64,000 nucleotides of DNA, taken from the NCBI GenBank assembly GCA_002269645.1, contig NIVC01001442.1, positions 62,043 through 126,042 of the forward strand. Direction: 5' to 3'. A model generated the notes under the pieces. That model ran no database searches and was not told the origin of the DNA. It saw only the letters and a program-made list of their open reading frames with translations. A program made the position numbers and the translations under genes. This document shows, piece by piece, positions 26,763 through 40,600 of this stretch (position 1 is its first letter; the number at the start of each line of letters is the position of its first letter). This DNA is from Macrostomum lignano (lineage: Eukaryota).

Positions 26763-28138
26763 ACATCCGCTCATTTTCCCTCTTGCTTTGCTGGGCCACT
26801 CAAATCGAAGCTGGCAAAGCTAGAATAAGGAAGTGATTCTGTCTCGCATCGTCCTTTATTACCTACCTGCTCCACGCCTCTATTAGGACTAAGGGGACTA
26901 GGGCGGGATCGCTCTCTCTCTCTCTCTCTCCCTCTCTTCAGCAACAAAAAAAGCAGGCGGGGAGGTCCGGGCTCGGGGGCTTCCTTTAATTAGTGTCTTC
27001 GAAGTTCCGTGAGCTCCATTTCCAGCTCTTTGTTCTTTGGCGACAGTCTGACAAAGTGAGCAGGGGGTGGGTGAGCAGCGGACAGGAGGCCCTCAGCAGT
27101 ATCAAGGCTGCTGACAAAGGAAAATCGGCTCGTTTTTAACCCTAACCGGAGTTCTTTCATTCTACCTTTAGGCAATCGCATACCGGGGGCAAAGCGAAAA
27201 TGGACTATTTTTCCGCACTCGCTTCTCTTTCTCCGGGTGGCACTCAAGACCGCTCGGGCGAACGCGGGAAAGGGAATATTAGGGGGGGGGGTCTTTTTTA
27301 GCTCGCGATCGACTGGAGACTGAGTGATGCTTATAGGAGAGGCTTATTCAAGGCTTTACGCATGCGTCTGGAACGGAATGAAAGAAAACCGAAGGGGGGC
27401 TGTCCAGCTTAATGTATAGGAAAGGCTCAAGCACACATGACTAGCATTTCTTATTTACGCTCTGTTTGTCAAATTTTATAGGCGTGTAGTTAATTCCAAT
27501 TGACTCGGTTTCCGACACGGTAGAAAAATAATACAGTTATGGGTAGCACCTGGCTGGGAAAGGCTGTTGCTATTTATCAGTAAAGGTTGCTTCCCACAGC
27601 AGAAATTCCTACTCTAGTTACTAGAGCATAGAAACTAGAAAATTGTATTGCACAGCTGAGGAAACGACTCTCACAATCCACCTCTCTCGACTCTCTAGCT
27701 TCCTCTCAAATAATTAGGAGCCAGGAGCGCAAGCGTTGCCTGCCCTCTACTGAATCTACGCATGAACCAAGGGAAAGAAGCGCGGGTTTGCTTAGACTTT
27801 GCTTTGCTTAGCAAATTTCTCTTTACCACGTGACTGACGAGTTGTGGTTAGACTGCGGGTGAGAGATTCATGGGGAGTGTCAATGTACATCACTTGCAAA
27901 TGAGAGAAACTCAATGTACATACTAGAATTAACACGCGCTGTGTGTACAAACCTAAATTGTCTATAGTCAAACCCTACAGCTTCGTCAGCCCTTATTGGC
28001 TCTGTCCTGGGGACCACGCGAACAAGCTGAAAGGCAAGGTTAGTGCATGCCATTTATTAGTGAAATGGGCAGGGCCTATGTACATTCGTCTTATCGACCT
28101 TGGAGTTTTTCAATTCTAAGTTAGAGCTATTTTCTACC

Positions 28139-28270
28139 CACGTGGCGGGAATCCTCGCTGAATGGCCAATGAGGAGGCGGCCCTGGCCATTCAACCCCCA
28201 CGCGAAATCTTCCTTTCCTACCCACGCTTTGACGAAGGGGGGGTATAAAAATCTCAACTCTCTTCAGTTC
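28139..28270 (+). promoter_or_regulatory. Putative core promoter of the MXD-like gene
   Basis: CACGTG 28139-44 fused to GGCGGGAA 28144-51, CCAAT 28166-70, TATAAAA 28244-50, Inr-like TCAGT 28264-68; further CACGTG at 27827 and ATTGG at 27995. Confidence 0.55.
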
Positions 28271-28471
28271 GACGCAATCAATTAAGCGCGCATCAGTCTC
28301 TCTCCTACTTGCCCAGGGCGGAGCCCCTTTCTTCTGCTGGTCTGCTTTTTCCTTGTTCACTTCTCAAGCCTCCTCTTTTTAATTCTTTATTTTACTATTT
28401 TATCATTTTATTACGGATCCTCATTTTTTATTTCTCGCTGATTTTCAAGCGACTGCTTTTTTATTGATTTT

Positions 28472-28613
28472 ATGAAAATCATGCGCGGCAATGGAAACAA
28501 AGCTAGCGGGTACAGCAGCAACGGACTCGTGATGCTGTACGAGGCGGCTATGCTCATTGAGCAGCAATCTTCCATATTGCAGAAGCCAGCAACATCAGTA
28601 CCTCAATCAGCTC
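28472..28613 (+). CDS. MXD: MXD exon 1 (SID); 3' boundary uncertain
   Basis: MLYEAAMLIE motif; best phase-1 donor is TC|gcaagt, with alternatives at 28632 and 28665. Confidence 0.7.
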
Positions 28614-31600
28614 GCAAGTTATCTCTGATCTGTATTTTTATTTTTATTACCATAATAGGCTTTCGTTAACACGCAAGCGCCATAACAAGCGATAACATTG
28701 CGCTCATCCTTGGCCTTCAGTTGCCAGCCAACAAACGCGCGACATCATCAGCGACGGGCTCCAGCACACAGTTAGAGCGGCCCCGGTCGTCATGTCGCCC
28801 TCGCAGCAGCAGCAGCGGCACCAGCCGCCTAGCAACGGGTTCCGTGTGCCCACCGGCACCGCTATTCGAGTCCCAATCGGACCGGGCAGTCGAGTCAGAC
28901 TCGAACCAGCTGGAACACCGGCATCCTGGTCCTCTACTTCAGGTGTCGCTGCGAATTCCGCCGCCGCCGCCGGCTTGCCGTCGAGGCCGCCGCAGTCTCT
29001 GCTGCAGCAGCAGCACCGCCGCACAGTCCAGTCTGTCAGCAGTCGCTCCTCGCACAACGAACTTGAGAAGAACAGGCAAGCATTGGAGCTAATTTGCATT
29101 TGCTTCTTCATCTTAGAGATACAGGTCTGGCCAAGACACCCTGGATGGGCCTACAGTCTGTCTGTGTAGCATGAGCTTGCATCGTATCGAGGAGAAATAG
29201 GAAGTGCAAACCGCACTGCACGATGAGTTTGCAGCGTGGGCACTTGCAACAATATGCATGCTGCTTTTATGCACAGTCTAGAACTACACGCTATACTGTC
29301 TTTAGCATGCTCGGTTCTCAGCTTAGCCAGCAAGTGTCTCTTTCAGTCTGCGTCTGGGGCACGCCCACACGATTTTTTTAGCTCGGGCCCATAAGGTAAT
29401 AGGACTTGGTCTGTGTCTTCTAGCAGATACCATAATGTTATAAAAACTAAACTTTTTATAACCCTGGAGTTATAAAACTCCAGGTTAGGTATCCAAGGTA
29501 GCCAAGTGGGTTATGGGTTGAAAAGCGGAGAAATAAGCAGAAACCTAGCACTATTATTCATCTCTTGTGCTGTTCTGCTCTTTGCCTCTGAATTAATTGG
29601 TTTTAGCTTGAACTATGAGCAGCAAGTCGAGTCAGATATTCGATTCTAATTACAGTCCACTATACTAAAAATGATTAGGGGGGGGTCATTTTTAAGGTAA
29701 GGGGGTCAACTGACCTCCCCTGATGAGGGAGTAAACTGACCTCTGTTGAGGAAGTCAACTGACCTCCCCTGATGAGGGAGTAAACTGACCTCTGTTGAGG
29801 AAGTCAACTGACCTCCTCTCTTGAGGGGTCAACTGACCTCTGTTGAGGGGGTCAACTGACCTCTGTTGAGGGGGTCAACTGACCTCCCCTGTTGAGGAGG
29901 TCAACTGACCTCCTATGTTGAGGGGTCAACTGACCTCCCCTTATAAAGGTCAGCTAACCTATACCCTTTGCCATGTGTTGCCAAACCTGCTGGCTAAAGG
30001 CTGGGTAATTTTGCAATTTCAAGGCGCGCTCATCTGAGACAGTGCCTGGACTCGCTGAGAGACCAGCTGCCCATGTGTCCGGGCCAGGCCAACAGACTAA
30101 CCATGCTGAATGTGCTCAACCGATCGCACAGTTATCTCAAGGTGAGAACTCCTAACTCAGTGTTGTTTGTGCTCATTATTGGAAATTAATCCTAACATGC
30201 TTTCCATGTGTTTGGGCGGTTTGTTTCTACCATCGGGTTTTGAGATCCGCGCATGGATTCTGGAGGGGGGGGGGCGTGGAAACTATCGCGAAAAACTGCG
30301 CTCAGGCCTGGGGCTTGGGGAAAACAAACTAGCTAAGCTATATATAAATAAGATAGAAAAAGATGAAGCAGAATAAGAATAAGTCAGGGAGGAGGCTGGC
30401 TTCCTCATCAAGTTTTTGGGCTGGGCCGTATGGCCACAGCTTCGACTGGTCTTAAAGAGAGAGAGAAGGGAAAGGGAGAGTGAGAGGAGAGTGGAGGAGC
30501 GCTGCAGAGGGGAAGCCAGGGGGGAGTATGTCGGCAGAGGATGCTGTGGGAAGGCCAGGGTTTACATCAATCTTGCAGAAAGAAGCGAGGCCCCCCAACT
30601 CCCCCATCGGCCCTTCTCTCCCGCCCGCTGCTTATTGACTAAATTCAATTTTTCTTCTTTCTTCCACCCTGCTTGCTGTCGCAGCCCTTCTCGAGTCTCC
30701 AATGCTTCTTCTCTGGGGGGGGGGGGGGGAGGCCGCCGCATCTCCGCTTCCCTCTGCCTCCGCAGGATTCCCTTGGGACAGCTCTGCTCCTTCTTGAGCT
30801 CCTCCTTTCCCCTGTCCAATGCCCACAGCACCTTCCTCTCCTCCTCCTCCTCGCCAACCCCCTTGTTCGAGTCGTCTTGCTAGTTATTTTTTTTCTTTTC
30901 TCTCTCTTCAGCTTTTATTTCTGCTTCTATCCCCGGCTTATGCTGCATAGCTTCTTTCTTCTGTCACTTTCTAGCGAGTGCGGTTTCAAGAGGCTTTTTT
31001 TCCGGCTCATTCCGGTCCAATTGTAGACAGGAGACTCTGCTCAGAGATTGAAGAAAACTAGGGAGATAGGGATGGATCGATTGAGCATTGTTAGCAACTC
31101 AGTTGGATCCCATGATGTCCCATGTCCGTATCCCTAATTATGGGTGGTAGTGTGAGTCATGTACCTGGGCTGACTGGCTTATTGTCATAGTGTAGAAAAT
31201 CATTTCTCCCAGCTTTATAACGAGCGTCACGTTATCCCAACTGGCGTGGCAGTGTGTCAACACCCTGGGCATGCGAAGGGAGGCGGTGGCATTGAGTGGG
31301 TTTAACAACAAAAGCTTTGAAGCTTTAGCTCTAGCTCCTAAAAATGCCACTTCCTAAATCTCCCCGGGCATTCTCTGCCCCCTCTCCCACTTGACTGTAA
31401 TCACAAGCGGCGCGATGAAGGAAGACGGGAAATGGGGGGGGGGGTTGGGTGGCTAGGGGTTGAGTTTGTGGCGCGCATGCGTGCAGCGGCCGTATAGGGG
31501 GATTTCTCCCTGTCAGCCCTGAGTGCTGGGGACCTTTGCGGGCCTGCCTCCCACTTGACTGGCTGGGACGTGGCCAGTCCGGCGTTACCCAGCTGAATAT

Positions 31601-34600
31601 GCGGCGTGGCAGGTTTACAGCCCGCTGCTGCCGCCGCCGCCGCCGCTTTGAAAGGTGGATGGGGGGGGAGGGGTTGGCTTCTCTTGGAGGCAGATTAGGA
31701 GCGGTCAGAACGCGAAAATCTCCCCAAGTAGTCAGTCACAATAACTGCCGAACTAGTAGTAGTAGGGGGAGGGAAACGCCGTTCATACGCGCCCCCGGCC
31801 GTTATTGCGCGCCCCAGCTGGTTTATAATGCCGATTGGCTGCTGAACAGTTTGCGAGTGTCAGGCAAGCGTCAACTGATCAGGATGAAGGAGGCTGGGGG
31901 GGGGGGGGTGGGTTAACTGTAAAGCTTCAGGTAAATTGAACTATAGGCTTTGTCAGTGGGCAGTATTAATTGCGCGGCATAAAAAATGTTACACAGCTGG
32001 TGATTACTAATTTCCCGCATCTCGCAGCGAATACGCAGCCGTGGGCAGCTGCACTTATCTCTATTCAATACCCGCTGTGCTCTGCTGGGCAGGCAGGCTG
32101 ATTTTTCTATAACCGCCTGAAAGCTCTTTTATTAAGCAGCGGGGAGGCGGAGGAGGGCTTATCGGGACGCGGGGATCTCGGCCTGGTAAACAGTAGCAGC
32201 AGCAGCCGCAGTCCCGCCAGTTCACCGATCTGTGCGGGACTTCTGGCTGTAAAATCAAATTGTGCGCGTCTGTGGTTTAAAGGGCTGGCGGCTGCATAGG
32301 CGGGAAGGATGTTGGACTATAGTTTTTGCCTATCAAAACCAATGCGAATAGGGAACTTGATCCTCGGCGGCCGGCTCCTGTTGGGGAAGGGAATTAGATG
32401 GGAATTAGCAGACTGGCTGTAGATTAAATTGGCTTTATATAGCAGGGATTAGAGTTTTCTCTGCATGTCGTGTATATAGATAAATTGCATAGATAATTCC
32501 TTGTGGCTGCTAATTAGCATGTCTGCTATCTGGCAGCCACTCCGACTTGTGCATCTCTGGCGTCTCTTATCTCGTATCCTGATCAAACTATTCTCCTAAC
32601 TGGATGAATCTGATCTCATGCTAATCTAGTCTCCAATCTCATACCAACCTAGTCTCCAATCCAGCCCAATCTAGTCTCTAATCTCAGCCCAATCTAGTCT
32701 TCAATCCAGCCCAATCTAGTCTCTAATCTCAGCCCAATCTAGTCTTCAATCCAGACCAATCTAGTCTCTAATCTCAGCCCAATCTAGTCTCCAATCTCAG
32801 ACCAATCTTGTCTCCAATCTCAGATCAATCTTGTCTCCAATCTCAGACCAATCTTGTCTCGAATCTCAGATCAATCTTGTCTCGAATCTCAGACCAATCT
32901 TGTCTCCAATCTCAGCCCAATCTAGTCTATAATCCAGACCAATCTAGTCTCCAATCTCATACTAATCTAGTATCCAATCTCAGCCCAATCTAGCCTCCAA
33001 TCTCAGACCAATCTTGTCTCGAATCTCAGATCAATCTTGTCTCGAATCTCAGACCAATCTTGTCTCCAATCTCAGAACAATCTTGTCTCCAATCTCAGAC
33101 AAATCTAGTATCCTATCCATACTAATCTAGCATCTATTCTTAACCGCGCCAATCCGCAGGAGCTGCAGAGTCTCAGCAGCGAGCAGGCTAACCAGCTTTC
33201 AGTAGCCCAGCGCCGCCAGAAGGAGCTGCTGGTACGTCGGGACCAAATGCGCCGCAACCTGCGCACTCTTCGGCGCCAGCTCACAGCGGCCAAGTCCGCC
33301 AAGAAAGCCGCCGCCGCCGCCGCCGCCGCCGCCTCGGCCGCAAGCAACAATTCATCGGACGCTTGGCGATGTCGAAATGTTTCGGAAATTTCCGCCGCAT
33401 CTGCAAGCTCAGGTGAGAGAATGCATTTTAGTCGCTTAGCAACAATATGAGCTATTATCACATTGCTTGGATAATTACCAATCGAGGCCTGACCTGCCGC
33501 TAACCTAACCCGAATTGCTTAACATTTCGTCAGGTTTATATTTAGACCAGTGAGGTTTTGTAAAAAATAAATGCTAGACATTATAGAAAACTGTCTCGGG
33601 GGGTGGGGTTAGTAACAAGCTAAATAAAGAGCTGCATGGTATCTGTGCGGGGCTCGTTTAACTGCGTGCCCGCCAACATTATCGGGTTTGTGGCTTCTTC
33701 TCTGCTTGCGCTGCACTCTTCTGCCACAAGCATTTCTGGACTGAGAGAGAGAGAGAGAAAGGGCAACCAAGGCCAAGCTGGTGTCGCGCAATGTCTGCTT
33801 GTCAGACCCCGCAGCGGCAGCAATAACGCCAAGTATGTAATGTCTTGAAGAAGACCAAGTTTTCATAGAGCGATTTATTTCTGGCTGTCTGCTTGTCTCC
33901 TAGAGGTGTGGGTGTGTGTGTGCGTGAGAGTTGCTTGCAAAAGAAACAGTTCTACCTGTCCTCTTTTATTTTGTCCTCTTTATCTTACACAGCAAGACAG
34001 CTACGAAACTCCTAAGGAAAGTTTTCTATGCTTCTCTGTGTAAGGTCATCTAGCCTTGAGTCCACTTCAAGATCCAGCCGATGTATAGCGTGGCTGCTTT
34101 GGAAGAGGGACATTTGGAGCAAAAAAATGCTAGACCAAGCACTGATAAAAAATCAGGTTTTAGTAGATCTTCTTGTCGAGGTTGAACAAAGAGGAACAAG
34201 GATCCGTGAGAGGAGTTTCGCTACGCAAAATTTGACGGCCCGGCGTCCAAAGCTGATGATGAAGACTTTGAAAGTGCACCCGGCTCGTTTCTGCTTTCCG
34301 TTCCACCGAAACTTGCCTCGGTTTCTTGCCTACTTTTTCCTGTTGCCTCTCCTTTGAATCCGCCTAAACTAGCTGGGGCTCATCCAGCGTGGGGAAAAGG
34401 GGATTGGGCCGTGACACCGACCCCCCTCCCTGTTCCCATAACCAACTTTCGCCCATCTAAGCTGTCCGTGAAGACCCGGGCAGAACGAAATGGAATCTTC
34501 TTCCTTGGGCGTTTTTTTATCTGGACAATCAACAGGGGCGGAGGCGATTTTCCTGCCGCACTTGGGAGGGCCTGCTTGTTCCCCCAGCGGCCCAGCCTCA

Positions 34601-35214
34601 GCCCGGCTTGTCCAGCGCTGAGGGGACTTGCTTCTAAACTGCGCCTGGCACACCTGCGCGGAGGAAGGATTTAGACAGATTAGGGCGATGCCCGGTGATG
34701 AAGGAGTCGCTCTCTGTCTGTCCTTCATCGAAGCTGGCCTTTCAAAACCGTTCGAACTTGAAAGTGGAGCTGCACGGACAAGGATAAAAAACTGCGGCAA
34801 TCGGTAGGGGAGAGGGAGAAAAAAGGGAGATGGACAGGCAAATTGCTTTGGGATCTTTCTTGCTCGAAATTGCTCAGAAAAAGGGGGAGAGGTGGAGAGA
34901 AAGAGAGGGAGAGGTCAGTAAGCAAGCGATCGTGCCGGAGGAGCGAACGCGGATTAAATAAAGAAGAAAAGGGGATATGATGAGAGGCGAAGGCTGAAAA
35001 GGAGGGACGGGAATAGCGCGGGACTTCACTTCGCTGCTAGGCCTCGGACTCGAACGCGCCATCGCTCTCTCCAACCTTCCAAGTGCTTGCTTCTCTTTCT
35101 GGGTTGGCCCCTTCAACCATAGCTGGGGCATTAAGCTTCTGACTCTTTTCCCTTTGCGTTCTCTCTTACTCAGCTGCCCCAGACACTTTGAGTGCGCGCT
35201 CAGACTCTCCCCTC

Positions 35215-35262
<48 letters not shown>

Positions 35263-37598
35263 TAGTGCTGCCTTTTGCTGAGCAAAGAGTTGCCTGGTTT
35301 CGAGGTGAGGGGGTGTTGCTCAAGAGGTTGGAACACCGGTGCAGCTCTACTGCTGCCACAGTTCTGTGTGCGTGTCTGCGTGCGCAGCCTCGACTGCTGT
35401 TATATCTGCTGACCGCCCACGCTTGCTTTGCCGGAGCTCTAGTCTTTATTCGACTCGCTCTCCCCTCACTCTTGTCACTATGCTTCACTCTCCTCACTCT
35501 CCATCACTCTTGTCACTCTGCTTCACTCTCCTCACTCTCCATCACTCTTGTCATTCTGCTTCACTATCCTCACTCTCCATCACTCTTGTCATTCTGCTTC
35601 ACTATCCTCACTCTCCATCACTCTTGTCACTCTGCTTCACTCTCCTCACTCTCCATCACTCTTGTCACTCTGCTTCACTCTCCTCACTCTCCATCACTCT
35701 TGTCACTCTGCTTCACTCTCCTCACTCTCCATCACTCTTGTCATTCTGCTTCACTATCCTCACTCTCCATCACTCTTGTCACTCTGCTTCACTATCCTCA
35801 CTCTCCATCACTCTTGTCACTCTGCTTCACTATCCTCACTCTCCATCACTCTTGTCGCTCTTCCCTCACTCTCCTCACTCTCCATCACTCTTGTCACTCT
35901 GCTTCACTCTCCTCACTCTTCATCACTCTTGTCATTCTGCTTCACTCTCCTCACTCTTCATCACTCTTGTCACTCTGCTTCACTCTCCTCACTCTCCATC
36001 ACTCTTGTCATTCTGCTTCACTATCCTCACTCTCCATCACTCTTGTCATTCTGCTTCACTCTCCTCACTCTCCATCACTCTTGTCATTCTGCTTCACTAT
36101 CCTCACTCTCCATCACTCTTGTCATTCTGCTTCACTCTCCTCACTCTCCATCACTCTTGTCATTCTGCTTCACTCTCCTCACTCTTCATCACTCTTGTCA
36201 TTCTGCTTCACTCTCCTCACTCTTCATCACTCTTGTCACTCTGCTTCACTCTCCTCACTCTCCATCACTCTTGTCATTCTGCTTCACTATTCTCACTCTC
36301 CATCACTCTTGTCATTCTGCTTCACTCTCCTCACTCTCCATCACTCTTGTCATTCTGCTTCACTATCCTCACTCTCCATCACTCTTGTCGCTCTTCCCTC
36401 ACTCTCCTCACTCTCCCCTCACTCTCCACCACTCTCCCCACTCTCCCTTCACTCTCCTCACTCTCCCCTCGCTCTCCATCACTCCATCACTCTCCATCAC
36501 TCTGCTTCACTCTCCCCTCGCTCTCCATCACTCTGCTTCACTCTCCCCTCGCTCTCCATCACTCTCCTCACTCTCCCATCACTTTCCCCTCACTCTCCCC
36601 TCGCTCTCCATCACTCTTGTCACTCTCCTATCACTCTCCCTTCACTCTGCTTCACTCTCCCCTCACTCTCCATCACTCTCCTCACTCTCCTCCATCACTC
36701 TTCCCTCACTTTCCCCTCACTCTTCCCTCACTCTACTCCCCAGTCCAAACTCGAGTCTCAGTAGCCGGACAGCCGGATCCGAGGCTGGGTTCGATTCCTG
36801 ACTACCGGTCAAGCGGAAGGAATAAAATTGGAATTCCAATCGAGTCTATTTCAGCCTGAAGATGGTCTCATGAAATATTAATAATAGGCATTGCTACAGT
36901 AATATGGATTTGGTGCGTCCAAATTCCTAATTCAGCAAGTCTGAGACTCTGCCAGATAAGAGAGAGGAAGTCAAATTCTGCACGAATCACGAGCCAGGGT
37001 TGATGAGGCTGGATGCTGGCTGGCGCTGCCGCTCATTTGAGCAGCTCCTCTCGCCTCCCTTCAGATAAAATATTGGAATCGGGGCGCCGGGCCCATCAAA
37101 TTTTGCTTCTATTTGCTTTTGCGCTCAGTCAGTCAGTCTGGCGTCCACGAATTGAAGCTCGGCTACCCCCCCCCCCCTGTGTCCCCAGCCTTTGCCGCTC
37201 TTGTATATAGAGCAAATACAGTTGCGCTCCAGTTTATGATTTATTAATATTGTCCGTGCTTAGCCAGATAAAATTAGTGTGTAGTATAAGACGTATTAGC
37301 CAGCTACCAGGTTCGGGTTTGCTGTTTTAAGCATCCAGACCCATTGTTTTATTAAACGGATTTCTTAGAAAGTGCAACGCTAAGCTTCACTTTCTCCTTT
37401 TCTCTAGCTTGGCCTTTCGCTACCGCCTGCCTATTTTCCTTCATCATCACTGCGGCTGACTCCCCCCCCCTCCCAGTCTCCTTCTCTGTCTCCCTCCTTG
37501 GCTCTTGAAATGTACATACGTGTACATAATATATATATAATGCATTAATGATATATAGGAACGCAAAGGATTGGAAATAAAAAATAGAGTATAGGGAA

Positions 37599-37681
<83 letters not shown>

Positions 37682-40600
37682 GATGGGAGAGAGAAGAGTG
37701 CTCTGTAGCGAGAACAGTGCTCCCCTGCCTGCGCAGCCAGTCAATAAACTGAATTGATTGAGCGGTCCAGATAGAGAGAGCGGCTTGGCTGGAGGGGAAT
37801 TCCGCGCAGTTCCTGCAGAACCTGCCAGCCAGCACTCAGAGTCTTGCAGGCGTGAGAATTTCATCAGTTGCTAACTGATGGGGAGGGGCTTGAGCTCATC
37901 AGCTGAGATCTATCACCTTCCAGGTAGAATGAATTGATAACTGGAGCAGATGTTGCGGTTTCAGGCCCGCAGGGTGCCACACCTGAGCCTGAATTCCGGC
38001 GAACAAATTAGCACTGAAACTGGCCGGGTGACTGCTGAGAATTCAGGCATTGCAGCCTCACTCCATCTGGCTTAGCGGGGGGGGGCAACTGCGGGGCCGT
38101 GGGTGTTGACTATTCACCGCAATTCAGCGGAGTTTTGCCATCCATTTCCTGCTGGCGGATGAGGCTGCTTTTGTCTGTCTCCCAGCCTCCCGAGCGACTC
38201 CACCCCAGTTTCCGCGCTACACACTTTGCAGTAGCAAGCTGTCATACTTTTTATATGATATTTTATTCTGTCTTATTTTTGCATCATCCGCGGGTCCCCC
38301 CCCCTCAGCCCCACTCCCATGGGAGCTCCGGGGTGCCGGGCATAGGGATGGCGGGTTTCCAGGGGCCAGCCCAGCGGATTGAATTAGGCAAGAAAGATAA
38401 CACTACGCATTAGCAGTGCATCAGCACCGCTGCCCCGACCCTGGAGGTTAAGTTGCGGCCCGAACGGGGGGACTGGGGGCGCTCGCTAGTGAAAATATCG
38501 AAGATTTCCTACCGAATGCCTCGACTGGGTATTGAATCGTAGGCAAAGTGTGGGAATTTGGGGGGGGGCAATGAAGGGGAAGATTTTCAGGGTCCGGGGG
38601 GGCATCTCTGACATTTCGCCTGTTTTCGTGTTTGTTGCTGCCGGGAGCTGCGGAGCGGAGGAGGCGCGACTGATTTTGCAATTGCCAGCTTGCCGAACCT
38701 GCCAGCTAGGGGAAGAAGCCCAGGCCAGATCCCCCTTCCCATCCGCCTTCCCCGCTGTGCGACCCTCGGCTGAGGTTGCTGAGCCCCGCTAAGAATCCAA
38801 AGTCAAACTCAGCTCGCTGCTGCTCCAGCCCGGACTCTGAATGAGAATGAGCCAGCGGCGGATAGAGCGGCCCAGTTTAGCGTGGCGGGGGAGCTGAAGG
38901 CTCAGGTGATGGGGTGGTGGCAGCTCGGCAGTGCGTGACTGCCAGGCCTCAGTTTCTGGGTGGACGGGGCCTGTCCACCTGAGCCTGAGTGAGTGAGAGA
39001 TGGGGATCAGTGGGATCACGCAAGCTCCAGGGGCAGATTATGAATATCAAAAGCAGCTAATTGTACTGGGCGTTGCGTACCAATGCCTATTTGCGTTTGT
39101 CCTTTCACCTGTCATTCATTTCTTGTGTTTTGTGAATTTCCACATAGAGTCACAAGCACAGGAAATCCCGGCTTCCCGATCCCACAGCTGGAAGCTCTAG
39201 TGTCAGCATCCCGACCCCCCACAGCTGGAAGCTCTAGTGTCAGCATCCCGATCCCACAACGGGAAGCTCTAGTGTCAGCATCCCGATCCCCCACTGCTGG
39301 AAGCTCTAGTGTCAGCATCCCGATCCCACAGCTGGAAGCTCTAGTGTCAGCATCCCGATCCCACAGCTGGAAGCTCTAGTGTCAGCATCCCGATCCCACA
39401 GCTGGAAGCTCTAGTGTCAGCATCCCAATCCCACAGCTGGAAGCTCTAGTGTCAGCATCCCGATCCCACAGCTGGAAGCTCTAGTGTCAGCATCCCGACC
39501 CCCCACAGCTGGAAGCTCTAGTGTCAGCATCCCGATCCCCCACTGCTGGAAGCTCTAGTGTCAGCATCCCGATCCCACAGCTGGCTGCTCTAGTGTCAGC
39601 ATCCCGATCCCACAGCTGGAAGCTCTAGTGTCAGCATCCCGATCCCACAGCTGGAAGCTCTAGTGTCAGCATCCCGATCCCACAACGGGAAGCTCTAGTG
39701 TCAGCATCCCGATCCCCCACTGCTGGAAGCTCTAGTGTCAGCATCCCGATCCCACAGCTGGAAGCTCTAGTGTCAGCATCCCGACCCCCCACAGCTGGAA
39801 GCTCTAGTGTCAGCATCCCGATCCCCCACTGCTGGAAGCTCTAGTGTCAGCATCCCGATCCCACAGCTGGAAGCTCTAGTGTCAGCATCCCGATCCCACA
39901 GCTGGAAGCTCTAGTGTCAGCATCCCGATCCCACAGCTGGAAGCTCTAGTGTCAGCATCCCAATCCCACAGCTGGAAGCTCTAGTGTCAGCATCCCGATC
40001 CCACAGCTGGAAGCTCTAGTGTCAGCATCCCGATCCCCCACAGCTGGAAGCTCTAGTGTCAGCATCCCGATCCCACAGCTGGCTGCTCTAGTGTCAGCAT
40101 CCCGATCCCACAGCTGGAAGCTCTAGTGTCAGCATCCCGATCCCCCACAGCTGGCTGCTCTAGTGTCAGCATCCCGATCCCACAGCTGGAAGCTCTAGTG
40201 TCAGCATCCCGATCCCACAGCTGGAAGCTCTAGTGTCAGCATCCCGATCCCCCACTGCTGGAAGCTCTAGTGTCAGCATCCCGATCCCCCACTGCTGGAA
40301 GCTCTAGTGTCAGCATCCCGATCCCACAGCTGGAAGCTCTAGTGTCAGCATCCCGATCCCACAGCTGGAAGCTCTAGTGTCAGCATCCCGATCCCACACA
40401 GCTGGAAGCTCTAGTGTCAGCATCCCGATCCCACAGCTGGAAGCTCTAGTGTCAGCATCCCGATCCCACAGCTGGAAGCTACATCCCAATCCCAGCACAA
40501 GAAATCCTGTTCCCAAATACCCCCATGCCACATAGGATAGATTGTTTATCCCACTCTCCTTGTGAATCTTCCCTTGCCTGTTTGCTTTTTCTTTCTCTGT

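Noticed and set aside
34210-34360. Acidic peptide EEFRYAKFDGPASKADDEDFES as an extra MXD exon
   Set aside because: It has an in-frame stop immediately upstream and no acceptor between.
35154-36859. Long ORFs of 417-536 aa
   Set aside because: They are translations of the stop-free 38-bp array, with periodic low-complexity peptides open in all three frames.
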